Shown: piece after piece, positions 1 through 10,358 of the stretch
Layout of the letters: every line of letters starts with the position of its first letter
Position numbering within the stretch: the stretch's first letter is position 1
Translations under genes and position numbers: made by a program
Origin: an uncultured delta proteobacterium
GTDB lineage: Bacteria; Myxococcota_A; Polyangia; Polyangiales; Polyangiaceae
NCBI GenBank assembly: GCA_963806225.1
Contig: CAWDXG010000001.1
Coordinates: 1,824,001-1,888,000, forward strand
Direction: 5' to 3'
Length of the DNA: 64,000 nt
The notes under the pieces: generated by a model
The model's database searches: none
The model's input: the letters and a program-made list of their open reading frames with translations, nothing else
What the model was told of the DNA's origin: nothing

Positions 1-1269
1 GGCGGCCATGGCGCTGCCGTGCATCGACTGCGGAGCGTCGGCGATGGCGCTGCCGTGCATCGACTGCGGAGCGTCGGCGATGGCGCTGCCGTGCATCGAC
101 TGCGGAGCGTCGGCGATGGCGGCGAACGACCCGGGCGCGGGCGTCGTGCTGCGTGGAAATTGCCCTGCCGCGGCGTCAGCGCGCACTGCGGCCTCGGGGA
201 TCTGCGGCAGCACTGCGGTTCCGCCGGCGGTCCTGGCAAGCGGGTTGACCGGTGCCGGAGCCGTGGGCGCCGTCGCGGGATCCCGGGTGCTCGCCGGAGC
301 GTTGCCCTGGGCTGCCGCAGCAACCGCGGCGGCCGGCACCGCGGGCATGTCGAGCCGCGTCGATTCCTCGCGTGCCGCGTTCTGGCTCGACGCGTAGGGC
401 GGCGCGGCCCCCTCGCGCACGGCGCGCACATCGGCCTGCATCGTGCGCGCGTCCGGGTATCGCGCTTCACGCGAGAAGGCGAGCGACAGATCGATGATCG
501 CGCATAGATCGGGTGGCGTACCGGGCGCGGCGGAGGCGAGGGGCGGCGCGGGCTTCGACGCCATCGCGATGAGCAGCTCGGCTTCGCTGTCGGCCTCGTG
601 CACTTTGCGTCCCGCAAGGATGCGAAAGGCCGTGGCACCGAGCGCGAATAGATCCACCCGGCCGTCGATCTCGCTGCGGCGCCCGAGCGCCTGTTCGGGC
701 GCCATGTACGGCAGCGTCCCGAGCGCCATGCCCGTGCGCGTCTTGAAGTCGCCGGGTACGTCGTCCATCATGCGCGCCAGTCCGAAATCGAGAATCTTGA
801 TGCGCCCCTCGTTCGTGACGAACAGGTTGTCTGGCTTCAGATCGCGGTGGATGATCCCCTGCTCGTGCGCATCCACGAGCACGTCCAGGATCTGGTCCAG
901 ATAGTCGCAGAGCTCCGGCACCGGCAGCTTGCCTACGCGGCGCACACGGGCGCTCAGAGGCTCGCCTTCGAGCAGCTCCATCACGAGGAAGGTCGCGCCG
1001 GACTCGTCGGAGCTGTGCTCCAGCACCTGCACCGCGCCGGGGTGCGCGACGCGGTTCGCGACGTACGCTTCGCGCAGGAAGCGCTCGCGCACGTCGTGAC
1101 GCAGGCTCATCTCCGGATGGAGGATCTTGACGGCCGCGACGTTGCCGGAGCTGTCGCGCGCTGCATACACGGCGGCCATGCCTCCGGTGCCGAGCAGACG
1201 CTCGAGCTGCCAGCGTCCGCCGACCGTCTGTCCGACGAGGCGTGCCGCCAATGCTTCGTCCGAATCCAC
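1..1269 (-). CDS. Ser/Thr protein kinase (Hanks type), runs off the window start
   Basis: Manual translation from GTG at 1269: LGTGGMAAVY, AVKILHPE, HRDLKPDN, DFGLA, YMAPEQ, DLFALG, then an Ala/Pro-rich tail. Absent from the ORF track because it has no stop inside the window. Confidence 0.93.
   Translation of the reverse strand, partial: MDSDEALAARLVGQTVGGRWQLERLLGTGGMAAVYAARDSSGNVAAVKILHPEMSLRHDVRERFLREAYVANRVAHPGAVQVLEHSSDESGATFLVMELLEGEPLSARVRRVGKLPVPELCDYLDQILDVLVDAHEQGIIHRDLKPDNLFVTNEGRIKILDFGLARMMDDVPGDFKTRTGMALGTLPYMAPEQALGRRSEIDGRVDLFALGATAFRILAGRKVHEADSEAELLIAMASKPAPPLASAAPGTPPDLCAIIDLSLAFSREARYPDARTMQADVRAVREGAAPPYASSQNAAREESTRLDMPAVPAAAVAAAAQGNAPASTRDPATAPTAPAPVNPLARTAGGTAVLPQIPEAAVRADAAAGQFPRSTTPAPGSFAAIADAPQSMHGSAIADAPQSMHGSAIADAPQSMHGSAMAA
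8..121. repeat. Three perfect 36-bp tandem repeats in the kinase tail (IADAPQSMHGSA)
   Basis: atggcgctgccgtgcatcgactgcggagcgtcggcg at 8, 44 and 80. Confidence 0.95.
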
Positions 1270-1402
1270 TCACGGCTTTCTAGCCCACAATGCGCGCGGG
1301 CGGAACGTCGAGCGGAGCGTCCGGAGTGACGCGACCGATGTTCAGGTAGGGCCGGAGCGGTTGTCGTGGAAGGGACGGGAAGGGCGGGGTACGATGCCGC
1401 GT

Positions 1403-1804
1403 ATGACGCCGAGCGAGAAGAATATCGTGAAATCCCTGGTGGCCGTGGCGTGGGCCGACGGCAAGCTCGAGCAGCCGGAATCCGGCGTGATCGAAGGGAT
1501 GTTGTGCGGCTTCGATGCGACCGACGAGGAAGAGACGGAAATCCTCGAATACGCGAGCCAGCGGCGCACCCTGAGCGACGATATCCCGCTCGACTCGCTC
1601 GGCAAGGAGGACCGCGAGCTGCTGCTCGCGAACGCCGCCCTGTTGACGCATGCCGACGGCGAGCAGAGCTCGAGCGAAAGCGAGCTGCTCGAGCGGCTGA
1701 TCAAGATCCTGGGATTCGAGGCCGACGAGGCCAAAACCATCCTCGATTCCGTCGCGGACGGTGCGCCGCAGCTCGGCGCGCAGTCGCTTGAAGACGCTGA
1801 CTAG
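1403..1804 (+). CDS. TerB-like (tellurite-resistance fold) protein
   Basis: LVAVAWADGKLEQPE and ADGEQSSSESELLERL motifs; start at 1394 or 1403. Confidence 0.75.
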   Translation: MTPSEKNIVKSLVAVAWADGKLEQPESGVIEGMLCGFDATDEEETEILEYASQRRTLSDDIPLDSLGKEDRELLLANAALLTHADGEQSSSESELLERLIKILGFEADEAKTILDSVADGAPQLGAQSLEDAD

Positions 1805-1851
1805 GCACCGTGATCGACAGGAACGAACAGCGGTTCTTCGGCGGCCAGGAC

Positions 1852-2322
1852 ATGGCGTCGGTGATCCAGCAGATCCAGGGAGCGCTGTACCAGAGCGGGA
1901 TCCAGCTGCAGCAGACCGGCCCGAACACGTGGGGCGGCAGGAGCCAGCAGTCGAGCTACGGCCTGACGCCGAAGGTGGCGTTGACGACGATGCCCTCGCA
2001 GAACGGCTTCACCGTCGATGCGCGCGTCGCCGCCGACTTCGAGACGAACGCGATCATCATCCTGATCGTGGCGTGGGTGTTGTTCTTTCCGCTCGCCATC
2101 ATCCTCGGGATCCTCGGCTACCAGGACTGGCAGACGCGGCAGGACCAGCTGCTCGCGGCGATCTGGGCGCCCGTGCAGCACCGCATGCTCGCACCGCCTG
2201 CGCCGCAGTACGGTCCGCCGGGGCAGGGCCAGTACGGCGCGGCGCCCCAGCAACAACAGCAGGGGTTTACTCCGCCGCCAGGCGCTCCGCCTCCGGGCGG
2301 CTGGGGCGGCGGTCAGTCGTAG
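1852..2322 (+). CDS. Hypothetical membrane protein with Pro/Gln/Gly-rich C-terminus
   Basis: One long hydrophobic segment (IIILIVAWVLFFPLAIILGILG); GC3-biased codons. Confidence 0.7.
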   Translation: MASVIQQIQGALYQSGIQLQQTGPNTWGGRSQQSSYGLTPKVALTTMPSQNGFTVDARVAADFETNAIIILIVAWVLFFPLAIILGILGYQDWQTRQDQLLAAIWAPVQHRMLAPPAPQYGPPGQGQYGAAPQQQQQGFTPPPGAPPPGGWGGGQS

Positions 2323-2365
2323 CGCCGCGGTTGACGCGGCCCGCGCGCCGGGCGACGGAGCCGGG

Positions 2366-3169
2366 ATGAGCGTTTTCCGCGATGGGATCCTGTCTGGGCA
2401 GGTGGCGCTGGTCACGGGCGGAGGCAGCGGCATCGGTGCGGGCATTGCCCGGCGCTTCGCCGCGCAGGGCGCCAAGGTCGGCTTGCTCGGCCGTCGCCTC
2501 GAGAAGCTGTCGGAAATGGCCCAACAGATCACCGACGCCGGTGGCGAGGCCGTGCCGCTCCCGGCGGACGTGCGCGACTTCGATGCGGTCGCGGGCGCCG
2601 TGGGGCAGCTGGTCGAGCGCTTCGGTCGCCTCGACATCGTCGTGAACTCGGCCGCAGGCAATTTCCTCGCGCCCGCTGCGGGCCTCAGCTCGAACGGGTT
2701 CAAGGCGGTCATCGACATCGATCTGGTCGGGACTTTCAACGCCAGCCGTGCCGCATTCGAGCACCTGTCGAAGCAGGGTGGCTCGGTGCTCAGCATCACC
2801 GCGACGCAGGCCTGGATCCCGACGCCGCTGCAGTGTCACGCGGGTGCGGCAAAAGCGGGCATTGCAAAGCTCACCCAGGATCTCGCCCTCGAGTGGGGAG
2901 CGATGAAGGTGCGCGTGAACGCTATCGCGCCCGGGCCCATCGCGGGCACCGAGGGCATGTCGCGGCTCGCGCCTCCCGACGAGGACGCGCGCGACAAGCT
3001 GCAGCAGGGGCTGCCGGCGGGGCGCTGGGGCACCATCGACGAGATCGCGGACGCGGCGCTGTATCTGGTGTCGCCCGCGGCGGGGTTCATCACCGGCACC
3101 ACGCTCGTCGTGGACGGCGGGCAGTCGCTGCTGGGTTCGGCGAGCTTCATGCAGCTGATGGAGGGTTGA
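2366..3169 (+). CDS. SDR oxidoreductase, 2,4-dienoyl-CoA reductase-like
   Basis: TGGGSGIG, NSAAGNF, HAGAAKAG, NAIAPGPI motifs. Confidence 0.9.
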   Translation: MSVFRDGILSGQVALVTGGGSGIGAGIARRFAAQGAKVGLLGRRLEKLSEMAQQITDAGGEAVPLPADVRDFDAVAGAVGQLVERFGRLDIVVNSAAGNFLAPAAGLSSNGFKAVIDIDLVGTFNASRAAFEHLSKQGGSVLSITATQAWIPTPLQCHAGAAKAGIAKLTQDLALEWGAMKVRVNAIAPGPIAGTEGMSRLAPPDEDARDKLQQGLPAGRWGTIDEIADAALYLVSPAAGFITGTTLVVDGGQSLLGSASFMQLMEG

Positions 3170-3172
3170 GCC

Positions 3173-3772
3173 CTACGCGCCGTCTTGCGGCGCCTCGGGC
3201 GGCGGCAGGGACTCTCCCCGGGTACCGATCCCGAGCCCGGAGATGCCTCCCGAGACGATGAACGTCATCAGGTCCGCGGGGGGCACGTCGAGCGCTTCCA
3301 CATTTTTGCTCGGCACGATGACCAGGTTGCCGGCGAAGTTGTACGACTGCGGGAAGTAGACGGCGACGTGACCGGAGACGCCGACGAACGGCAGGCTCTC
3401 CCGCGTCACGAAGCCCAGCGCCCGCGCCGCGTGCCCCGGCAGGAGTGACACCATGACCGGCTTGTCGAAGCGCTTCTTGTCACCGACGAACGCGCTCACC
3501 AGATCCTTGATCGACGAGTAGACGAGCTTGACGAGCGGAACGTGGGCAAGCAGCCGCTCCGTCCAGTCGAAGACCGCCTTGCCGGCCACGCTTGAAGCGA
3601 GGAAGCCGACCAGCGTGATCAAGCCCAGCGTGAGCACGAAGCCGAGCCCCGGGATGCCGACGGGCATCACGTGATCCACGGTCGTGAAGACCAGGTACAC
3701 GACGTAGAGGGTGGCGGCCAGCGGGGCCAGCACCAGACTGCCGCGAAGGAAATAGCGCACGATCGTTCGCAT
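3173..3772 (-). CDS. DUF502 family membrane protein
   Basis: N-terminal TM pair, [35 protein letters not shown]. Confidence 0.88.
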   Translation of the reverse strand: MRTIVRYFLRGSLVLAPLAATLYVVYLVFTTVDHVMPVGIPGLGFVLTLGLITLVGFLASSVAGKAVFDWTERLLAHVPLVKLVYSSIKDLVSAFVGDKKRFDKPVMVSLLPGHAARALGFVTRESLPFVGVSGHVAVYFPQSYNFAGNLVIVPSKNVEALDVPPADLMTFIVSGGISGLGIGTRGESLPPPEAPQDGA

Positions 3773-3819
3773 GAGCCGGACCATCCCGGACCGGCGGCCA
3801 GGTCACAAGCCGCGGCGCT

Positions 3820-3848
3820 TTGACAGACGGCCCATGGCGTTCTACGTG
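3820..3848 (+). promoter_or_regulatory. Putative sigma70-type promoter for the FKBP gene
   Basis: TTGACA-N17-TACGTG, ending 6 nt before ATG 3855. Confidence 0.45.
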
Positions 3849-3854
3849 GGCGGC

Positions 3855-4373
3855 ATGACGACGAGACAGTCCCGCACTCTCCGCCACGTCGCGCTGTGTG
3901 CGCTCTCGGCTGGCCTGCTTCTGTCCGCGTGTGACCGGGTCCCCGAGCCGACGGGCTCGTCCAACACGTCCACGACGACCGCCGACACGCCCACCACGGC
4001 GGAGCCCGCGAAGTCGGCGACGGGAGCGAGCGAGACCGCGAAGGTGACGAAGCTCCAGATCAAGGACCAGAAGGTCGGCAAGGGGCCGGCGGCCAAGGAT
4101 GGCAACACCGTGAGCGTGCACTACACGGGCTGGCTCCTCGACGGCACCAAGTTCGACAGCTCCCGCGACCGCGACCAGCCGTTCTCGTTCACGCTGGGTC
4201 AGGGCGGCGTGATAAAGGGCTGGGACAAGGGCGTGGTCGGCATGAAGGCGGGCGGCAAGCGCGAGCTCGTCATCCCGCCCGACATGGCCTACGGCAAGCG
4301 CGGCAGTCCGCCGAAGATCCCGCCGAACGCGCCGCTCAAGTTCGACATCGAGCTACTGAAGATCGAAAAGTAG
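3855..4373 (+). CDS. FKBP-type peptidyl-prolyl cis-trans isomerase, lipoprotein
   Basis: Lipobox [40 protein letters not shown]. Confidence 0.95.
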   Translation: MTTRQSRTLRHVALCALSAGLLLSACDRVPEPTGSSNTSTTTADTPTTAEPAKSATGASETAKVTKLQIKDQKVGKGPAAKDGNTVSVHYTGWLLDGTKFDSSRDRDQPFSFTLGQGGVIKGWDKGVVGMKAGGKRELVIPPDMAYGKRGSPPKIPPNAPLKFDIELLKIEK

Positions 4374-4377
4374 GCGG

Positions 4378-6141
4378 TCAAGCGCTGGGGAAGGGGATGC
4401 GCTCGAGATCTTCGACGATGCTCTCGAAGTCCTCGAAGGTCAGTGCCTGGTCGGCGTCGCTCTTGGCTTCGGGCGGATTGGGGTGCACCTCGATCATGAT
4501 GCCGTGCGCGCCCACCGCCTTGGCCGCGCGGCAGAGCGGCCGGATCCAGCGCCGCACGCCCACGCCGTGGCTTGGGTCCACGATAACCGGCAGGTGCGTC
4601 CGCTCGCGGAGCACGGGCACAGCCGAAAGATCGAGCGTATTGCGCGTCGCCGTCTCGAAGGTGCGGATGCCGCGCTCGCACAGGATCACGTGCGGGTTGC
4701 CTTCGGCCAGGACGTATTCGGCGGCCGCGAGCAGCTCGTCGAGGCTCGCGGACATGCCGCGCTTGAGCATGACCGGCCGTTCCGTGCGGCCGACGGCGCG
4801 CAGCAGATCGAAGTTCTGCATGTTGCGAGCGCCGATCTGCAGCACATCGACCTCGCGGGCCATCCGCTCGACCTGCTCGACGCTCATCACCTCGCTCACG
4901 ACGGGCAGGCCGGCGGCGCGGCCGGCCTCGGCCAGAAGCGCTACGCCCTCCCAGCCCAGCCCCTGGAACGAGTACGGATTGGTGCGCGGCTTGAAGGCGC
5001 CGCCGCGCAGCAGGCGGGCGCCGTGCAGAGCTACCTCGCGCGCGGTGGCGAGCACCTGATCGCGCGACTCGACCGAGCATGGCCCCGCAATGATCACGAA
5101 CTCGTCGCCGCCGAGGACCGCGTTGCCGATGGGGATGCGCGTGCCTTGCGGATGTGCCGGGCGGGAAGCCTTGGGCCAGTTCTTGGCGGCCGAGTCGGGT
5201 AGGGGAGGAGCTTCGGGCGGCTGGCTCGGTTGCGGCACGAGCTGGACGCGCCGCGGCTTGCCAGGCTCCGCAGCAGCCCGGGCGGTGTCAACGTCGTAGC
5301 TGCCGATGATCTGCAGCGAGAGTGCGTGCTCGCGCACCTGCTCCAGCGCGTCGCTCACGCGGGGGTCGGCCACGTCGCCTTCCAGATCGATGTAGAAAAG
5401 GTACTCCCACGCCTTGCCGAGCTTCGGGCGGGACTCGAGCTTGGCCAGGTTGAGGTCCGCGTCGGAGAGGATGCGCAGACATTCGCTGAGGGCGCCGTGT
5501 TCGTGGCGGGTCGCGAGCAGCACCGAGGTCTTCCGCTTGGCGCCCTCGCCGTGCTGCATCAGCGCGCGCACCTCGTCCCCCGGCTTCTGCGAGGTGAACA
5601 GGATGAAGCGGGTGAAGTTGTCGGGATGGTCCGCGATGTTCCGCGCCAGCTCCACCAGGCCGTAGCGTTCCGCCGCTTCCGGCGGCGCGATGGCTGCGCG
5701 GGTCGTGTCGCCGGATTCGGCGGTTTCCTTTGCGGCAACGCCCGTGTCGACGGACGGAATGATGCGGGCGCCGGCGAGGGTGCCGAGGAAACGGCCGCAC
5801 TCGGCGAGAACCAGCGGGTGGGCGTGCACCTCGCGCAGATCGCTGAGCGATGCGCCCTCGACGCCGAGCAGACGGTGATCCATGCGCCACTCGATCTCGC
5901 AGATCGGCACGAGATCGTACTGCGCGAGCAGGTCGTAGCCATCGCGCACGGTGCCCGCGATCGCGTTGTCCACAGGCAGGATGCCAACGTCGGCCTTGCC
6001 GCTGACGACGCTGGTTGCGACCTGGCGGAACGTCGGAACACCGAGCGGCTCGTGTCCGGTTCCCACGGCGTTGAAATACGCCGCGACCGCCACGCTGGAG
6101 TGGGCGCCTTCGATGCCCTGGAACGCTGCGGTGATGGTCAT
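4378..6141 (-). CDS. Fusion of prephenate dehydratase + ACT + class I-beta DAHP synthase
   Basis: N-half FQGIEGAHS, NFTRF, KLESRP; C-half IAGPCSVES, GGAFKPRT, QIGARNMQN, LCERGIR, DPSHG. Confidence 0.92.
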   Translation of the reverse strand: MTITAAFQGIEGAHSSVAVAAYFNAVGTGHEPLGVPTFRQVATSVVSGKADVGILPVDNAIAGTVRDGYDLLAQYDLVPICEIEWRMDHRLLGVEGASLSDLREVHAHPLVLAECGRFLGTLAGARIIPSVDTGVAAKETAESGDTTRAAIAPPEAAERYGLVELARNIADHPDNFTRFILFTSQKPGDEVRALMQHGEGAKRKTSVLLATRHEHGALSECLRILSDADLNLAKLESRPKLGKAWEYLFYIDLEGDVADPRVSDALEQVREHALSLQIIGSYDVDTARAAAEPGKPRRVQLVPQPSQPPEAPPLPDSAAKNWPKASRPAHPQGTRIPIGNAVLGGDEFVIIAGPCSVESRDQVLATAREVALHGARLLRGGAFKPRTNPYSFQGLGWEGVALLAEAGRAAGLPVVSEVMSVEQVERMAREVDVLQIGARNMQNFDLLRAVGRTERPVMLKRGMSASLDELLAAAEYVLAEGNPHVILCERGIRTFETATRNTLDLSAVPVLRERTHLPVIVDPSHGVGVRRWIRPLCRAAKAVGAHGIMIEVHPNPPEAKSDADQALTFEDFESIVEDLERIPFPSA

Positions 6142-6279
6142 GATCTGGTCTGCTTCCTGGCGGTGCTGTTGCGGAGCGCGCGGGCGCGCCCTTCCCCGGT
6201 GCCCCGGGCAGGGAGATGTACTGGAAGATGCCGCACTGCGCAAAGGTATCGGCTCGAAGGCCGACGGGCGGCAGCGGGG

Positions 6280-7110
6280 CTACAGCGCTGCCAGCCGCTC
6301 CAGGCCCTCGATGCGCTGCAGCGAGAATCGGTCGGCAGCGCTCATGCTGGCCGCGCGACCGCGCAGCACCGCCAGGTATTCGCGCAGCAGCGCGCGATCC
6401 ACGCCGCGCACGCGGCGCAGCAGTCCGTACATCTCGTCGACTACCGGAAGCGGCAGGGGATCGCCGATCGCGCGGTAGAGGCGGACCGCGTAGTCCACCC
6501 ACGCGGGCTTTCCGGTCGCGGCCGCGAGCTTGATCGCATAGCTCGCGGCGACGGGCGCCACGCTGCGGTCGAAACGGCCAGCGCACGATTCGTCCAGCAC
6601 GCGCGCCAGGTGACCGCCCAGCAGTCGCTCCGCCTCTTCCCCACGACGGAGAGCGAGCGCCTTGTCGACGACGCTGCCGAGCAACGCGAACGCATCGGCA
6701 CGGCGCGTGCGCTCGCTCTGGACTTCGTCTTCGGTATCGCGCACCGCTTCGAAGCTGACGGTCTCGCGGGCGCGGAGATTCTGCGCGGTGACCCGTTCAC
6801 GCTCGGGCGGGATGGGCTGCTCCACGACTTCGAGCGTTTCCTCGCCGATCGACACGCGGTCGCCGAGAGCGAGCGGGCTGGCTGCGTCGATCGACTTGCC
6901 GTTGACGAGCACGCCGTTGCGGCTGCCGAGGTCGCGAACGACAGGCTGCTCCTCGTCGAGGCGGATGGCTGCGTGGCGGCGCGACACGAGCTGGCTGTCC
7001 AGCACGAGATCACAGCTGGCTGAACGACCGATGACGATCTCCTGCTTCAACAGTGGAAGATCGCGCCCGCGATAGCGAAGCCCGTAGGCCACACGTGCGC
7101 GCTGGCGCAT
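6280..7110 (-). CDS. FHA domain protein
   Basis: IGRSASCD, VSRRHA, DLGSRNGVLVNG. Confidence 0.9.
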   Translation of the reverse strand: MRQRARVAYGLRYRGRDLPLLKQEIVIGRSASCDLVLDSQLVSRRHAAIRLDEEQPVVRDLGSRNGVLVNGKSIDAASPLALGDRVSIGEETLEVVEQPIPPERERVTAQNLRARETVSFEAVRDTEDEVQSERTRRADAFALLGSVVDKALALRRGEEAERLLGGHLARVLDESCAGRFDRSVAPVAASYAIKLAAATGKPAWVDYAVRLYRAIGDPLPLPVVDEMYGLLRRVRGVDRALLREYLAVLRGRAASMSAADRFSLQRIEGLERLAAL

Positions 7111-7261
7111 CCCGCTGCCAGGTGGGCTCGTTGAAACCCGTCGAGCTGTGTCGTCGCTTTTCACCCCTAGGGGTGATGCATAGTCACGCCGCGCGCCGGG
7201 GTAAAGCGGCATCGCAGCACCGTCGCGGGGCCTGGCCGGCGACGGGGGCTCCAGCCCCGCG

Positions 7262-8344
7262 TCAGGACGCCCCGGCGCGCGGGTAGCTGCCTAGCACTTT
7301 CACCATCGCGCAATGCTGCGCCAGCTTGTCGAGCGCCTGCGCCACCGGCGGATCGGCCCGATGCCCCTCGAGATCCGTGAAAAACACGTACTCCCACATG
7401 CGGTCGCGGCCGGGTCTGGACTCTATCCGGCTGAGATTGATGCCTTCTTCGTCGAAGATCTCCAGGACCCGCTTCAAGGCGCCGCGCTCGTGGGGTGTGG
7501 AAAACACCAGGCTCGTCTTGTCGTTGCCGCTGGGCGGAGCGTCCTCCGGAGCGAGCAGCACGAAGCGGGTCGCGTTCTGCGGGCGATCCTGGATGCGTTC
7601 GCGGATCACCGATAGACCGTGCAGTTCCGCGGCCAGCCGGCTGGCCACGGCCGCCGCCTCGTCGTCCGCGCCGGCCTCGCGGGCGGCGGTGGACGTGGAC
7701 GGCGAGACCACCAGCTGGGCGGACGGAACGTTGTCGGCCAGCCAGCCGCGGCACTGCGCGAGCGCCTGCGGGTGCGAGTACACGCGCTGTATGCGGCTGA
7801 TGTCGTCGTGGCGGCCCACCAGGCACTGGTTCACGTCGAGCACGATCTCGCCCCGGATGCGCAGGTCGCTGTCCAGTAGGCAATCGAGCGTGAAGGTGAC
7901 GCCGCCCTCGGTCGAGTTCTCGATCGGCACGATGCCGTAACTCGCCGTTCCGCGCCCTACGGCGTCGAACACGGCGGCGATGGTGGTCGCTTCCACGTAT
8001 CGCGCGGCCAGCCCGAACGAGCTGAGCGCGGCCATGTGCGTGAAGGTGCCGGGGGGGCCGAGGTAGGCGACGCTGATAGGCTGCTGCAGCGCGAGGCACG
8101 CACTGATGATCTGGCGGAACACGGGGCGGACGCTGCCGACCGGGAAGATCGCATCCGGACGCTCCGCCAGGAGCTGCTCGAGGCGTTCAAGCAGTCGTTC
8201 CTCTCGCTCCGGATCGTGCGACGGCTGGGCGCTCGCCTGCTTTTCCTCGCCGATTTCCGCTGCCGCATGCGCCCGCTGGTCCAGCAGATCGAGGAGCTGC
8301 TCGTCGATCGCGTCGATACGGTGGCGGATGTCGTCGATGCCCAT
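7262..8344 (-). CDS. pheA: Chorismate mutase / prephenate dehydratase (P-protein)
   Basis: AroQ helix IRHRIDAID...DPERE; YLGPPGTFT, PIENSTEG, SHPQALAQC, NATRF, IESRP. Confidence 0.93.
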   Translation of the reverse strand: MGIDDIRHRIDAIDEQLLDLLDQRAHAAAEIGEEKQASAQPSHDPEREERLLERLEQLLAERPDAIFPVGSVRPVFRQIISACLALQQPISVAYLGPPGTFTHMAALSSFGLAARYVEATTIAAVFDAVGRGTASYGIVPIENSTEGGVTFTLDCLLDSDLRIRGEIVLDVNQCLVGRHDDISRIQRVYSHPQALAQCRGWLADNVPSAQLVVSPSTSTAAREAGADDEAAAVASRLAAELHGLSVIRERIQDRPQNATRFVLLAPEDAPPSGNDKTSLVFSTPHERGALKRVLEIFDEEGINLSRIESRPGRDRMWEYVFFTDLEGHRADPPVAQALDKLAQHCAMVKVLGSYPRAGAS

Positions 8345-8349
8345 GCGGA

Positions 8350-9009
8350 CTACCCGGACGATTCGATCGCGATCCGGATGATCGAAGCGGCGCACATGCG
8401 TGCGTAGTCCCTCCACCCGAGCAACTCGGCGGTGCCTTCCACGACGGCCGCCCAGCCGTCGGCTTCCTCGCGCAGCTGGCGCACGACCAGGATCACACGC
8501 TCGAACGGTAGGCCCTGCCGCAGAGCCGACGGCAGCCCTCCGTAGAGCACTCCCGCGCAGTCGCGGTAGGCGAGATCCAGCTCCGTGCGGTTCGTCTCGC
8601 GGATGGCCGTGTGGGCGCGGCGCACCAGGTGCGCCACCCGCAGTATCTGTCCCGTGGTGACGCCACCCAGCGTCCAGGCCGCCCAGGCGCGTTCGATGGC
8701 CGCCAGTTGCGTCGGCTCGACGCTGCCGCGCGAAATGTTGGCCTCGAGTGCGTCCGACAGGGCACGCGCAGCGCGCATCCAGTCCGGTGCGTCGGCGGCC
8801 AGCGTGCTGCGCGGTCCGGAGGCCGGTTCTGGAAAATCCAGCAGCTCCTGCCCGCTCGGGACCTCACGCGTCGAGAGCGCGATCAGGTCCTCGGAGGGCG
8901 GAGCGTAGGCGGTGACGGCCCCGGTCGGATCGGCTGGGAAGCGCCGGGGCGTGTGCCGGTCGAGCAGAGGCGACGTGTTGTAGAGATCGGATTTCTGCTT
9001 GCCCATCAT
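8350..9009 (-). CDS. Hypothetical protein
   Basis: 219-aa ORF ending just upstream of pheA; no recognisable motif. Confidence 0.55.
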   Translation of the reverse strand: MMGKQKSDLYNTSPLLDRHTPRRFPADPTGAVTAYAPPSEDLIALSTREVPSGQELLDFPEPASGPRSTLAADAPDWMRAARALSDALEANISRGSVEPTQLAAIERAWAAWTLGGVTTGQILRVAHLVRRAHTAIRETNRTELDLAYRDCAGVLYGGLPSALRQGLPFERVILVVRQLREEADGWAAVVEGTAELLGWRDYARMCAASIIRIAIESSG

Positions 9010-9148
9010 GCCGGGTCCGGACCCGGAAGCTCCAATCTAGACGACGCGGCCCAGTTTCGCCAGCGCGGGCCGGAGCCAGTGAAGCCAGAACAGCTCCGGC
9101 GGACGCCGGGGCACGGCGAGGCGCCCCGACATCCATCCGGACCGGGCT

Positions 9149-9475
9149 CTACTTGAGCACGTCGGTGAGCTTCTGGAGCTTCATCGCAAGCCCCATGTCG
9201 CCCTCGATCTTCAGCTTGCCCGAGAAGAACAGCTGCTGACCGTTGGCCTTGCCCTCGATCATGTCGACGTAGTCGCTCGCAGCCATCTTGATGGTGCACT
9301 GCGCGTCGCTGTCGCCCTCGGTCACGCCGGGGTCGTCCTTGAGGTTCATCACCCAGGTGCCACCGCCGTCGCCGTCGAGCACGAACTTGTAGGTCGCGCC
9401 AATCTGCTTGGCCGCGTCCTTGTGCTCTTCGATCTTGGCCTTGGCCTCTTCCATCTTCTCTGCGGCAGTCGCCAT
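9149..9475 (-). CDS. SCP2 sterol/lipid-binding domain protein
   Basis: GGGTWVM...LFFSGKLKIEGDMGLAMKL. Confidence 0.9.
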   Translation of the reverse strand: MATAAEKMEEAKAKIEEHKDAAKQIGATYKFVLDGDGGGTWVMNLKDDPGVTEGDSDAQCTIKMAASDYVDMIEGKANGQQLFFSGKLKIEGDMGLAMKLQKLTDVLK

Positions 9476-9581
9476 GTCTCTTGTCTCCTCGTGGCTTTGT
9501 TCGGTGTCTTGTCCGGTCCAGAGTAGCTGGACCTGTTCGACCCTCGGGCAGTCGGCCTCCGGGCAGAATCGTCGGGATCGA

Positions 9582-10358
9582 TCAGCCTGCCGGTCGGCTG
9601 AGCTCGGGCGAGCGCCCGCTCCAGTTCTCGGCGGCCTCCACGAAACGCTGGTGGCGTCCGGTCCAGATCCAGCGCACGAGCGAGCGGGCGCGCTCTGGAT
9701 CCTGCTGGCGCACGGCATCCACCACGTGCTCGTAGCCCTCGGTGATGGACCCGGCCGAGACCCAGAGCGTCTCGAGCAGGTGCGTGTACTTGTCCATCAG
9801 CCCGCGGACGCTGTTGAGCAGCAGCCGCGGCACGATGTTGTGGGCGGCGTCGGCCAGCGCCCAGTTGAAGTCGAAGTCGAGCCACAGCAGGCGCGAGAGG
9901 TTCTTCTCGCTCCGCATGCGCGCCACGATCACGTCGAGTGTGGCGAGGTCCTCGTCGCTCCGCCGTTCCGCGGCCAGCCCGGCGACTTCGGCCGTCAGGA
10001 TGCGGGCCGACTCGAGCAGATTCGCGAGCACCTCCGTGTTCACCTGGTCGTCCTCGGTGAGCACGAGGTATTCGATGACGTCCACGCTGGCGTGCTGGCT
10101 GTAGTCGAGCACCAGCGTTCCGGCGCCGGGCCTGCGCTCGATCAGGCGCAGCTGTTCGAGGCGCGTCAGCGCTTCGCGCACGGTGAAGCGGTTCACGTCG
10201 AGATCGGCCGCCAGGGTCGGTTCGGGCGGCAGCTTGTCGCCGGGTCGGTAGGCGCCGGACAGGATGCGCCGCTTGAGCGTCTCGGCGACCTGCCCCGCGC
10301 GCGTTTGCCTTGCGACCGCTTTCACGCAGCGCGTTGTAGCCCGGGCTTTGTCCAACAA
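9582..10358 (-). CDS. FadR/GntR family transcriptional regulator
   Basis: GDKLPPE..LA..VNRFTVREAL wHTH plus FCD domain; start codon uncertain. Confidence 0.9.
   Translation of the reverse strand: MLDKARATTRCVKAVARQTRAGQVAETLKRRILSGAYRPGDKLPPEPTLAADLDVNRFTVREALTRLEQLRLIERRPGAGTLVLDYSQHASVDVIEYLVLTEDDQVNTEVLANLLESARILTAEVAGLAAERRSDEDLATLDVIVARMRSEKNLSRLLWLDFDFNWALADAAHNIVPRLLLNSVRGLMDKYTHLLETLWVSAGSITEGYEHVVDAVRQQDPERARSLVRWIWTGRHQRFVEAAENWSGRSPELSRPAG

Noticed and set aside
8..121. CRISPR-like 36-bp repeats or a Cys-rich repeat peptide on +
   Set aside because: Repeats are contiguous with no spacers and lie in frame in the minus-strand kinase tail; no cas genes.
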